Assembly: GCA_903918555.1 (NCBI GenBank) | Contig: CAIXEV010000627.1 | Coordinates: forward strand, 1 to 29,368 | DNA length: 29,368 nt | Source of the DNA: an uncultured bacterium | GTDB lineage: Bacteria > Planctomycetota > Phycisphaerae > Phycisphaerales > SM1A02 | Reading direction: 5' to 3' | Shown: piece by piece, positions 1 through 12,000 of the stretch | Layout: the number at the start of each line of letters is the position of its first letter | Position numbering within the stretch: position 1 is the stretch's first letter | Program-made: the position numbers and the translations under genes | Notes under the pieces: model-generated | What the model saw: the letters and a program-made list of their open reading frames with translations, nothing else | Databases searched by the model: none | What the model was told of the DNA's origin: nothing

Positions 1-1
1 G

Positions 2-3000
2 ATCGGTGCGGCGGTCACCCTTGCGCTCAACGATGTTCGGGGCGGGGCGAAGGCGACGATCGACAGGACGACGCTGACCGCCGATGGCAACGTTGTCGTG
101 TCGGCGACCGAAGCAGCGTCTTTGACAGCAGAACTCAGCACCGACCTCGTGGCTACGACGCGCCCCAGCATCAAGCCGGGTACGTCGCTGGCCGTCAACG
201 CGTCCATCGCTACGAACACGGTCCTGAGCGGCGCGAGCGCGGCCATTACCGACAGCGCGGTGACGACGACGAGCGGCGGCTCGGTCGATGTCAGTGCCAG
301 CAACACGGCGGAGATCAGCGCGACCATCGCCGCCAGCACGACCTCCAGCGGCGTCTCGGTCGGCGTGACGCTGGCGTTCAACACCATCGGCTGGCAGTCG
401 CAGAACTTCCTGTTCAATACGCTCGACGCCTTGCTGGGCACGGGAATCGGGACGGCTCAGCCAGACGAAACGGTCGCCTTCATCAAGAACACGACCGTGG
501 CCGCCGATGGCGGCATCAGCGTCACCACAGACTATGCGGCAAGCATCGATGCCAGCATCGAATCGGCCTCCGTGACGCTGAAGGGCAACGTCAACGGCGG
601 CACTGCGGTGAGCGTGGGTGCGGTCATCGCGATGAACAAGATCGCCTCGCGCACGCAGGCGTACGTGGAAGGCGGCGCGACGATCTCCGCGAGTGGCGAC
701 ATCAGCATTTCCGCGACGGACGATTCGACGATCGACGCCCGGTCCGCTGCGGCGTCGACGTCAGTCGCGGCGTCGGTCACGGCTTCGACCTCGGTGTCGA
801 TCGGGGTGAGCGTCGCCCGCAACGAGATCGAGAACGACCTGACTGCGTTCATCCGCAACGCAGGGCAGGTGACCGCGACGGACGGCAGCGTGACGGTGAG
901 CGCCGAGCAGAACGCCGGCATCGACGCGACCTCCACTGCCAGCTCGGTCACCGTGGCCGTGGCCGCAGGTGGGGGCAAGGCCTTTGGCGGTGGTGGCGCG
1001 ACTGCGGTCAACTACATCCGGGGCAAGTCGAACGCGTTCATCGAGGGCGGTAGCGTCTCGGCGACCGGGACGAGTGCTGGCATGGGAGACGTGGCGATCA
1101 CCGCCGACAACACCTCCAGCATCCATGCCGAGGTGGCGGCAGTCTCGGTGTCGGCAGCGCTGGGGTCCGGTAGCTCTCCGGCTGCATCCATCGGATTCTC
1201 GCTGGCACGCAACTTCATCGGCTGGGATTCGAGCGGCGGTTCGTCGGTGGCCACGACCTACACGTCCTCGCAGAATCCCACCACGCTCAGCACCGGCCAG
1301 ACGGTCAGGATCCAGGGCGGAACGCGGGCTGGAGACATCTACGAGTATGTGGGACCGACGTTGACCGACGGCGATCCCAACACGGCTGGCAACCAGCCGA
1401 TCGACCTCGACATCCAGAACTTCCACGACAAGGGCGCGTGGAAGCAGGTCAACCTCAATGCGTCGGCGCTTGAGGTGCAGGCCTACATCAAGAACGCCAG
1501 CGTCACCGCCGCCGACGCACTGACACTGGACGCCGATTCGAATTCGAACATCGACGCCGTCGTACGCGCCGGGTCGGCTGCCTTGTCCGGGGGAGGTGCC
1601 ACCGGGCTCGCAGTCTCGGGCGCGGGCGTGTACGCGGAAAACCGCATCAAGACCTATGTCAAGTCCTATATCGACGGCGACGGGACCACCGGCATCAGCG
1701 CGCGCAGCGTTTCGCTGACCGCCGACGACGCTTCGGGCATCGATGCGATTGCCGGTGCCTCCTCGCTGGCGGGCGCGATCGGCGGCACGACGGGCGCGGC
1801 GGTTTCCATCGGCCTGTCGATCGCGTTCAACGAGGTGAGCAACGAGGTCGAGGCGTATGTGCTGAACGCCGACCAGGGCGTGTCGGCCACGGCCGGTAGC
1901 GTGACGATCGCAGCGACCTCGCAGGGACCGCATCTGTTCGACCTCACCCTTGTTGGCAGCCTGACCACGGCCAACCTGGACGATGCGGCCAAGGCCGACC
2001 AGGACGATCCGGGTACGACCGGCGCCAACGAGGCGAAGACCGATCTGGCTGCAGACATGACTTTCCTGGGTCAGCTGCGCACGGCCATGAACACCGGACT
2101 GACCGGTGTCGGTAGGGCCGCGCTCGCGATTGCAGACACGGTCGCAGCCGAATCCATGTACACCACGGGTTCCGGCTCGCGCGACCTGCGCGAAGGCACC
2201 ACGGTCAAGCTCGCCGCGGGCTACTCGGCTGGCGGGGTGGCGGGACGGGTGTACCGGTACGTGGGCGCCGACGCCAACAACGTCAACCTCGGCACGCAGA
2301 ACTACGCGACCACTGCCAACTGGGTGCTGGTCGACAAGCTCAGGCTCTCGACGCTGGTCGAAGGCGAGAGCTGGTCGCTGCTTGCGCCAGACGGCACCAG
2401 CTATCTGCTGGAGAAGAGCGGCTCGCTCCTCAAGGTTTCGAAGAACACGATCAACGTCGTTTCTTCGGCGGCGTCGTTGTCCGCGGGCTTTGGCGGGACC
2501 ACAGGCGTCGCCATCAGCGGCGCGGGAGCTGTCGCACAGAACGTGGTCCTCACCAGGACCAACGCGTTTGGCCAGAACAGCATCCTCCGCAGCTCCGACG
2601 ACGTCGCGCTGAGCGCAGCGAGCACGACCACGATCTCCTCCGGTGTCGCCGCGGCTTCGCTGGCGCTGGGTGGCGGTGGCACGACCGGTGTCGGGGTTTC
2701 GATCGGCATCGCGGTGGCGCAGAACCTCATCGGATGGACGCCGAACGCGAGCACGTCGACTCCCGCCCAGGTGCAGGCGTATCTCAAGGACACCGCGGTC
2801 CAGGCGGGCGGCGACCTTACCCAGTCTGCAGTGGCGAGGCAGACCGTCAATTCCGTGGTGTTGGCCGGGTCGGCCGCACTCGCGGCCGGCGGCACCACGG
2901 GCGTCGGGGTAAGCGGCTCCGGCGTCTACGCCGAGAACAAGATCGGCGTCGATGTGAAGAGCTACATCGACGGCGACCGCAGCAGCGGAACCGCCGGTGT

Positions 3001-6000
3001 GTCGGCCGACAGCGTCACGCTTTCTGCCTCGGACAAGTCCATCATCAATGCACAGGCGGGGGCGTCGTCGCTCGCCGCCTCCCTCGGGGGCACGGCCGGC
3101 GTTGCGGTGTCCGTCGGCATTTCGCTCGCCAGGAACACCATCACCAGCGCCGTCGAGGCCTACATCAAGAACGCCGACGGCACGGCGGCCAGCGCGACCG
3201 ACAATGGCGTCACTGCGACCGCCGGCGGTATCAGCCTGTCGGCCAGCGAAGCTGCCACGATCAACGCGACCTCGTCCGCGGCCTCGCTCGCAGCAGGCAT
3301 CGGCGGCACTGCTGGTATCGCCGTCAGCGGCGCGGGCGCCGACGCTGCCAACGTCATCCTCACCCGGACCAACGCCTATGCGCAGGGGAGCACGCTCTCC
3401 AGCACGGGCAATGTCGCCCTCGGCGCCACCAACACTGCCACGATCGACGCAAAGGTCGTCAGCGCGGCCTTCTCCGCGGCCCTCGGCGGCACCGCCGGCG
3501 TGGGTGCCTCGATCGGCGTGGCGCTGGCGCGCAACTTCATCGGCAAGCAGCTGAACGGCACCAGCGCGCCGGCCGAGGTGCAGGCCTACCTTGCCGATAC
3601 CAGCGTCAGCGCCGGGGGCAGCCTTGCGCTGACGGCAACCTCCAACCAGACCATCAGCACGAAGGTCCTGGCCGGCTCGGTGGCCCTGGCCGGCGGCGGC
3701 ACCTTCGGCGGCGCACTCGCCGGCGCAGGTGCCAGCGCGACCAACGACATCGCAGTCAAGGTAAAGGCTTACATCGACGGCGATGGCGCGAGCGGCATCT
3801 CCGCCACCGGCATCACCCTGACGGCACGGGATACCTCCTCGATCAGCGCGACCGTCGGTGCCGCCTCGATCGCCGCCTCGGTCGGGGGAACGGCCGGCAT
3901 TTCGGCCGCCGTTGGCGTCGCGCTCGCGCGCAACACCATCGCCAACCAGGTGGAGGCGGTGATCAGGAACGCCGACACCGGCGTGACCGCCACGGCCGGG
4001 GCGATCGTGCTGGATGCCGACCAGGTGGCCACGATCACCGCCTCGTCCGGCGCGGCAGCGCTCGGCGCCGCGGTCGGCGGGGTCGCGGGCATCGCCATCA
4101 GCGGTGCCGGCGCGGAGGCGACCAACGTTATCCTCAACAAGGTCAACGCGCACGTCGATGCGAGTCGGCTGACCGCATCCGGTGCGGTGACCCTGACCGC
4201 GGACGATGCCTCGACCATCCTCGCGCAGGTAATCGCCGCCTCGGCCTCGATCTCGGTTGGCGGCACGGCCGGCATCGGAGCGTCGATCGGCGTCGCACTG
4301 GCGCGCAACCTGATTGGCAGGCAACTCGACGGCACCAGCGCCCCGGCCGAAGTACAGGCCTATCTCGTCGACAGTAGCGTCAGCGCCGGTGGCGTTCTCG
4401 CGCTGACGGCAACCTCCAACCAGAACATCAGCACGACCGTGCTGGCCGGCTCGGTGGCCCTGGCCGGCGGCGGCACCTTCGGCGGCGCACTCGCCGGCGC
4501 AGGTGCCAGCGCGACCAACGACATCGCGGTCAAGGTAAAGGCTTACATCGACGGCGATGGCGCGAGCGGCATCTCCGCCAGCGGCATCACCCTGACCGCA
4601 CGGGATACCTCCTCGATCAGCGCGACTGTCGGTGCCGCCTCGATCGCCGCCTCGGTCGGGGGCGTGGCCGGCATTTCCGCGGCGGTCGGCGTCGCGCTCG
4701 CGCGCAACACCATCGCCAACCAGGTGGAGGCGGCGATCAAGAACGCCGACACCGGCGTGACCGCCACGGCTGGGGCGATCGTGCTGGATGCCGACCAGGT
4801 GGCCACGATCACCGCCTCGTCCGGCGCGGCCGCGCTCGGCGCCGCGGTCGGCGGGGTCGTGGGCGGCATCGCCATCAGCGGTGCCGGCGCAGAGGCGACC
4901 AACGTCATCCTCAACCAGGTCAACGCGCATGTCGATGCGAGCCGGCTGACCACATCCGGCGCGGTGACCCTGACCGCGGACGATGCTTCGACCATCCTGG
5001 CGCAGGTGATCGCCGCCTCGGCCTCGATCGCGGTTGGCGCTACGGCCGGCATTGGTGCCTCGATCGGTGCTTCGCGCTCGCGCAACCTGATCGGCTGGAA
5101 GCTGGACGGCACCAGGCAGGAGGCGCAGGTCCAGGCCTACGTCCTCGATTCCAGCATCGCGGCGGGCGGCGACCTGCAGATGAAGGCGACGGCGCGCGAA
5201 ACCATCAACGCCAACGTGCTCACCGGCTCGGTGGCGGTCGCCGGCGGCACCGTGGGCGTCGCGGCGAGCGGCGCGGGCTCGGAGACCGAGAACCGGATCG
5301 CCACGCTGGTGAAGGCCTTTATCGATGGCGATGGCGCGACCGGCATCAGCGCGCGCGACATCACGCTGACGGCCGACGATCTCTCCACGATCGGGGCGAG
5401 CGCCGGCTCGGCGTCCGTCGCAGCCGGGTTCGGCGCCGCGGGCGTTGCGGTATCGGTCGGACTCGGGCTTGCGCGCAACGAGATCAGCAACGTCGTCGAT
5501 GCATACATCCGGAATGCCGACGGCGCGCCGGGCAACGCGAATGACGGCGTGGTCACGCATTCCGAGGGCAGCATCCGCATCGAGGCGATCAACGCCGCGA
5601 CCATCACGACGACTGCCTTGGCAGCGAGCGCAGCGGTGGGCGGCGGCCTGGTGGGCGTCGGCTTCAGCGGCGCGGGTGCCGATGCGAGGAATTCGATCCT
5701 CACCAAGACCCGCGCCTACGTCGAGGACAGCGACCTGGTCGCGGACGACGGCGACACGACCCGGACCGAGCGGGTGACGATTTCGGCGCGAGACACCTCC
5801 ACCATCACGGCGCAGGTCCTCGGCCTGTCGGCGGCGGTGGGCGGCGGCCTGGTCGGGGGCGCGGTCTCCATCGGTTCCTCGACGGCCCGCAATTTCATCG
5901 GCTGGACCCTTGCCGGGACCGAGTCCCCGGCCGAGGTACTCGCTTTCGCGAAGAACGCGCGTATCGCCGCCGCAGACGCGCTCAGCATCAGCGCGACCGA

Positions 6001-9000
6001 GAGTGCCACGATCAGCGCGAAGGTGGATGCCGCTTCGGTGGCGCTGGCTGGTGGCGCGGTCGCGATCGCCGCCAGCGGGGCGGGCGCCGATGTGCAGAAC
6101 AAAGTCTCGACGAAGGTACAGGCCTATGTCGACGGCTCGCGCGGCGCCGGTGTGGTTGCCGGCACCGGTGGCCTCACCATCAGTGCGCAGGACACCTCCA
6201 CGATCACCGCGCAGGCCTTCGCCGCGTCGGTCTCCGGGTCGGTCGGGCTCGTCGGCGGCTCGGCGGCCATCGGCGTCGCGCTGACGAGCAACAGCATCGG
6301 CAACGACGTGCGGGCCTTCGTGCGTTCCGCGACGGTGAGCACTACTGGCAACATGACCGTGCAGGCCATCGAGTCGGCCTCGATCACGGCCGTGTCGCAG
6401 GCAGCCGCCGTGTCGGCCTCCGCCGGACTGAGCGTCTCGCTGTCGGGCGGCGGCGCTTCCGCCTCGGCGAACGTGACCACCGCCACCCGCGCCTTCGTCG
6501 AATCGAGCACGGTCACGGTGACCGGGGATCTCGTCATCAACGCGCAGGTCGTCGCCACCGCGGTGGCGCGGGTCGATGCGACCGCGGCCTCGTTCGGGCT
6601 CATTTCGGCGGCCGCCGCAGGATCGGTGGTGTCCGCGACGGTCAACCCGACCGTGGAGGCGCGGCTGTCTGGCTCAACGGTGAGCGCGCGCGACGTGACG
6701 GTCAGCGCGAGCGCGCAGCCCAAGGCCGATGTGCAGGCGAGCGGTTTCGCCGTCAGCAGCGGAGTCTCGGTCGGCGTTTCCAGAGCGGACGTCACGCTGG
6801 CCCCTGTTGTCACCGCCACCGCCGGCGGCACGATGACCGCGAACAGCCTGAGCGTTTCCGCCAGGCATCTGCTGCCTGCGAGCGGAAAGTCCGCGAACGC
6901 CTATGCCGCGGCCAGCACTGGCGGCTTGCTGATCGGTGTTTCCGCGACGATCGCCCGAGCGTCCAACAGCGCCCAGGTCGTGGCGGCGATCGCCAACAGT
7001 TCGAACCTGAACATCACCGGCAACGTCAGCGTCGCGGCCAGCAACAGCACGCGGCAGGACGCCGAGGCGACCGCGGTTGCGGGCGGTGTGCTTGCAGCAG
7101 GCGTCGCGGATTCGAGGACCACTTCGAACACGTCGAACACCGCCACCCTGGGCACGAACGTGACGTTGACCGCGAGCAGCCTGAGCATCGGCGCCACGGG
7201 GCACGACGCCAACTACGCGACCACCACGGCCGGCAGCGGCGGCGTCGCCGCGGGTGCCTCGGCCAAAGCCGCCACCTCGGGCACAAGCAACACGCTTGCC
7301 TCGATCGGCGCGAGCAGCAACGTCAACCTTTCCCTGCGCGGCACGGGTGAATTGAGCCTGTCGGCCGAGCACACGGCCGCCCTCAACACACTGCAGATCA
7401 CCAGCGCGGGCGGCGTCATCGCAGGCGCGGGCGTGTCCGTGGACAACGAGGTGATCTCGGCGGTGGACGCAACCATCGGCGCGTCCGCCACGGTCCTCGC
7501 TCGCGAAATCGACCTCTCGGCGACGAACAACGTCGACAAGCCGACCTTCGCCGACATCCCCAACCCGAACCCCCTGCTGGGGTTGTTCATCCCCACCGTC
7601 TCGGTACCCAACGTGAAGGGCTCGACCGGCGGTCTCGCGAGCGGTGCGGGCATCTCGAGTGATTTCCGCATCACCCTCAATACCAACGTCACCGTGGGCG
7701 CATCGGCCAACGTCCAGACGGTCGGTGTGATCACCGACGATACCCTGATCAGGATGCGGGCGTTCAACAGTATCGTCGCGCAGGACAAGGTGTCGTTCCT
7801 GTCCGGCGGCGCTGTCGCAGGCGCCAGCGCCGACGCGAAAATCCGCACGCTCGCCGATGTCGCGCGCGTCACGATCGGCGATGGCGTGACGCTGCTCAGC
7901 AAGGGCGCGCTCGAGCTCTCGGCGCGCGGCACGGGCAACGTGGTGCAGAAGATCAGCGTCGATGTGTTCGGCGCGGGCACGCTGGTCAAAGGCGAGTCCC
8001 GCATCGACATCAATCCGCTCAATGAGGTGACGATCGGAAGCGCCGCGATCACCGCCTACGGCGACCTCAAGATCTCCGCGGGGCGCGACACCGACTTCAA
8101 CTCCGACCGCTACAGGCTTGAGGCGCGCTACGACGGACTCGCGGGCAGCCTCGTGCCCATCGACAGCGTCGACGGCAAGGCGTTCCTGATCCAGGAGAAC
8201 CGGATCAACATTGGAACCGGCGCCCACCTGAGGACCGCCGGCCAGGCGAAGCTGCACGCCGAGCGCGACAGCATCAACGACCTGACGGCGAAGGCGAAGA
8301 TCACGAGTTGGACGAGCGCGATCGGCGACGGGCTGCTGGCGCTCACCGGCGGCGGCGCCGACCAGTACAACGGTCACCTGTTGCAGGAGGCGCATGGCAC
8401 GGTAACCAACAACGGCACGGTCGAGACAGGCATTACGCGCCGTGTGATGCTCTCCCTCAACTCCTGGAATGCCCAGGCCGGCACCGTGACCGGCACGCCG
8501 AGCGACGGCGTCACCTTCACCACCTCCCAGGAGATCCAGAACAGCACGCTCGGCACCGATCTGGCGAACGCGAAGGATCTGCTCGCCAAGTACGGTTCGA
8601 TCGACGCCAAGCTGCAGGCGTACTACTCGAGCGAAGTGACCCGTATTCAGCAGGAGATGTTGGCCAAGAAGCTCGGGTTCTTCCAGAGCGACGGCGTCAC
8701 CTTCACGCCGGTCACGAGCTATGTGATGACCGTGACGGTGGATCCGATCCGGGCGCAAGCCGGGCGCATCGATGTGCGTGGCGACCAGCTGGTGGGCGAA
8801 AGCAACGGCCGCTGGATCGCGCCGACCGACGCGAGCGTGACGATCACCAACAACACGCCGGCGTTCCTGAACCTGAAGGGCATCACGATCCCCGACGAGG
8901 TCGGCCGCCTGTTCTTCAACGGCGGGCTGGTTGGCACCAATGCCGCGATCAAGGCGGAGAATCAGCGGAACGTCGACGACGACAATTCGCGTTCTTCCGC

Positions 9001-12000
9001 CTACGCGGATACCACCGCGCAGACGCCCGTGATCCCGACCTTCGGTCTGCTGCCCACCGATGCCACGAGCGGATTCGCCGAGCCGACCATTACGGTGACG
9101 AACGCGCTTGACGTGGATGACGTCACCGACGGCAATACCTACGTCCAGCCCAACATCACGGTGCTCGGCCCCAGCCGCGGCGGGGTCGGAATCAGCAACC
9201 TGAGCGGCAACGTGATCATCAATTTCGGCGGCGGGGCCTTCGTCGCCCAAGGGGCCGTGACGGCGAAGAACCTGATCGTCACCGGCACCGGGAACGTCTA
9301 TATCGACGGCGTGGCGCAATTCGCGCTGGGGGAGCCCTCGTCGGTCTGGGGCGGAGTGACCTACGGCACCACGGGTGGCGTCACCGCGAGCGGGGTTATC
9401 AACGCCAACGTCAACCCCGCAAACGTGGCCAACCTGCTCGCCCAGGGGCCGACCGCGACGGGCAGCATGATCGCGCGGCAGATATTCATCCGCGCCAACA
9501 TCATCAACGTCAACGGCCTTATCCAGAGCGGCAAGGACGCCTACGAGCTCAACCTGGACGCCAACGCCGCCAACGAGGTGCGCACGAAACTCAATCAGGG
9601 TTTCGGCGGCACCTTCAAGCTCGACCAGACGTCGGCCGCGACCGGCGGCGACTTCAACGTCTGGTTCAACACCGCGACGCAGAGCTTCGAGGTGCGGGAC
9701 GTGACGGTCGCCGGCGGCAGCGTGACGCTCGAGGGCAAGATCGTCAACACCGGCAACGGCAAGATTCGCGTTCTGTCCGGATACGGCCAGATCAAGGTCC
9801 TCAATACCACCGCCTACGGGGTGGAAGTCAGGAAGCTCGACGCTGCGCAGCGGGGCCAAGGCACGCTGGTGATCATCGACAAGGCCAAGCCTTCGGGGGG
9901 TAATCCGCACACCGCCACTACTTACCAGCGGAACGGTGTCGTCGGGAACGAAACCTACGCGCCGTCTGCCGACATGCGCTATGGCTGGGCGGTGTCCTGG
10001 GGCACGCGGACCGTGGAGAAGATTCACCGCGAGAGCAGCAATTGGCTTGGCCTCGTCAACCTCGGTTCCTTTGACGAAACCGGCAAGACGGTAGAGAACA
10101 TCGCCGCGCCGGCGCTGGAGGGTGGCGCGGGCTACTACTACAGCGAGACGAACTCGTCGTTGCAGAACGCCACCTACAACTACAGCCAGGCCACGTTCCA
10201 GACGAATAGCACCGACCCCGAGGCACAGTGGCGGGAGGTCAGGCACGAGGTCCGATCCTCCTGGTACGGCAAGAAGACCTACATCACCGACTACCAGAAG
10301 CGGGTCGACAACAAGACCGTCGCGCGTCACGACATCAGTGCGCACCGCAACATCGCGATCGAGTTCTTCGGCGGCGCCGAAGCGAGCGTCGTCGTCTCCT
10401 CCACCAGCAGCCGCGATGTGGTGATCGGCAGCATTCTCAATACGAGCGGTACGACCACTGTCTCGTCGGGCGGCGCTATCCGCATGGCCGGCGCGGATGG
10501 CGCGATCGGCGGCCGTCGCGTCGTGCTTACGGCCCTTGCAGGCATCGGCACGGACCAGCGCGCGGTCACCACCAACGTCACCGATTCCTCCACGTCGAGC
10601 CTGTACGCGGTCACCACGAACGGAAACGTGAACATCGTCGAGCGTTCGGACGACCTCGCGATCGACCAGGTCAAGGCAACCGCCGGCGGCAACGTCAGCA
10701 TCGTCGTGCCGGAGAACCTGCTCGTTGCCGCGACCTACGAGGGCCTGGTACAGGGCAGCCGCATCAACATCGACACCTCGGGCGGCGCCACCAGCCAGGG
10801 CGGCGGCGTGGGCAACAGCACAACCGCGCCGCTGGTGGTCGAGTCGGGCAACCAGTTGAAGGACACGGTGACCGTGAACGCGAACGGCAACGTGTTCCTC
10901 AAGGAGAAAACGGGCAACCTCCATCTCAAGCAGATCGACGCTGGCGGTGGCACGGTGTGGGTGAACGTTGCCGCGGGCGGCCTGATCGATGCCAACAACT
11001 CCCAGACGGTGGACGAGCGCATTCGCTCCGAGCTGGAGGGTGGCCTGTGGAGCGAACTCGGCCTGACCGAGAACACCGGTGCCAACCAGAAGGTGCTGGA
11101 TGCGATTGCCGGCTTCAAGACGACGAAGGAAACGGAGTACCGCACCTACTGGAAGTACCGCGGCCAGCAGGCCAACCCGGCGGTCTACGACGAAACCTTC
11201 AATGTCAACCTGAGCGCCGACGACGAGGCCTACTATCGCGACGTGCTCGGTTACGACAGCCCGGCGATCACCACGCTCAAGAACAAGCTCACGCAGGAGT
11301 ACGGCGATCTGCACACGCGGTACGGCAGCTACGGCAACAGCTTCAACGCGGCGTTCTCGTACACCCTGACATCGGCTGAAGACACCGCCTTGCGCGGCAG
11401 CATCAGGATCTGGACCGCGGAAGAACTGCTGTTCTCGATGAGCGGCGGCGTGCTCAAGGCGACGGCGGACACGGTGTCGGTCCTCGAGGATCCGAACATC
11501 AAGGGCACGGACGTCACGATCATCACCAGCCAGGGCATCGGTAACACGACCGGCAAGGTGGTGATCGACATCGCGACCGTGCAGGCGAGCGGCCTGACCT
11601 CGGAAGAGCGGATTGCCTTCTCCGCTGCGGACCGACCGGACATCACCTACATCGTCGGCAATATCGTGGGCAGCAGCGCTTCGCCGGTGAGGTTCAACTT
11701 CACGCAGGGGGCGTCCGACACCATTACCCGGCTCGACGGCGGGAATTTCATCACCGACGGCTTCTCGGTCGGGCGCAAGGTCTACGTCGAAGGCATCTCG
11801 CTCAATGCCACGGCGAAGGGCGTGTTCTACGAGGTGGCGTCGGTCACCGCGAGCACGATCACTTTGACGACCGGCGTGCGGCTGGTGGCCACCGAAGCCT
11901 CGATGGTTGCCGTTCTCTCCCCGGTGATCGCCGATCCCACCGGCCAGTTTGCGAGCGTCCTGAAGATCGGCATCGACCAGCGCGACGACGTTAATCTCAA

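Larger units (their letters stand above)
380..5910 (+). repeat. Higher-order super-repeat (~258-277 aa, about four subunits) marked by N(F/L/T)IG(W/K/R)
   Basis: The marker Asn codon lies at nt 380, 1211, 2723, 3533, 4307, 5084 and 5891. Spacings are 831, 1512 (contains inserts), 810, 774, 777 and 807 nt. Confidence 0.85.
2..8420 (+). repeat. Beta-helix-type repeat region: ~60-65-aa Ala/Gly/Ser/Val-rich units resembling filamentous haemagglutinin/leukotoxin-LktA-like passenger repeats
   Basis: Recurring consensus (A/G)SIG(V/L)(A/S)LA(R/F)NxI...V(E/Q/K)AY(I/V)...(V/I)(S/T)A.G.(V/I)TL(S/T)A.D.S.I.A. From ~6500 the units diverge (GGLLIG, GGVLAAG, GGVIAG, GGLASG, GGAVAG). The fold is inferred from the repeat pattern. 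Confidence 0.75.

Noticed and set aside
3557-5075. CRISPR array or insertion-sequence interpretation of the DNA repeats
   Set aside because: The repeats are long, in frame and protein-coding, with no short repeat-spacer pattern, terminal inverted repeats or transposase.
761-5560. 1,599-aa minus-strand ORF
   Set aside because: Same in-register antisense shadow (ends on sense TCA at 761). Its internal repeats simply mirror the sense-strand duplication.
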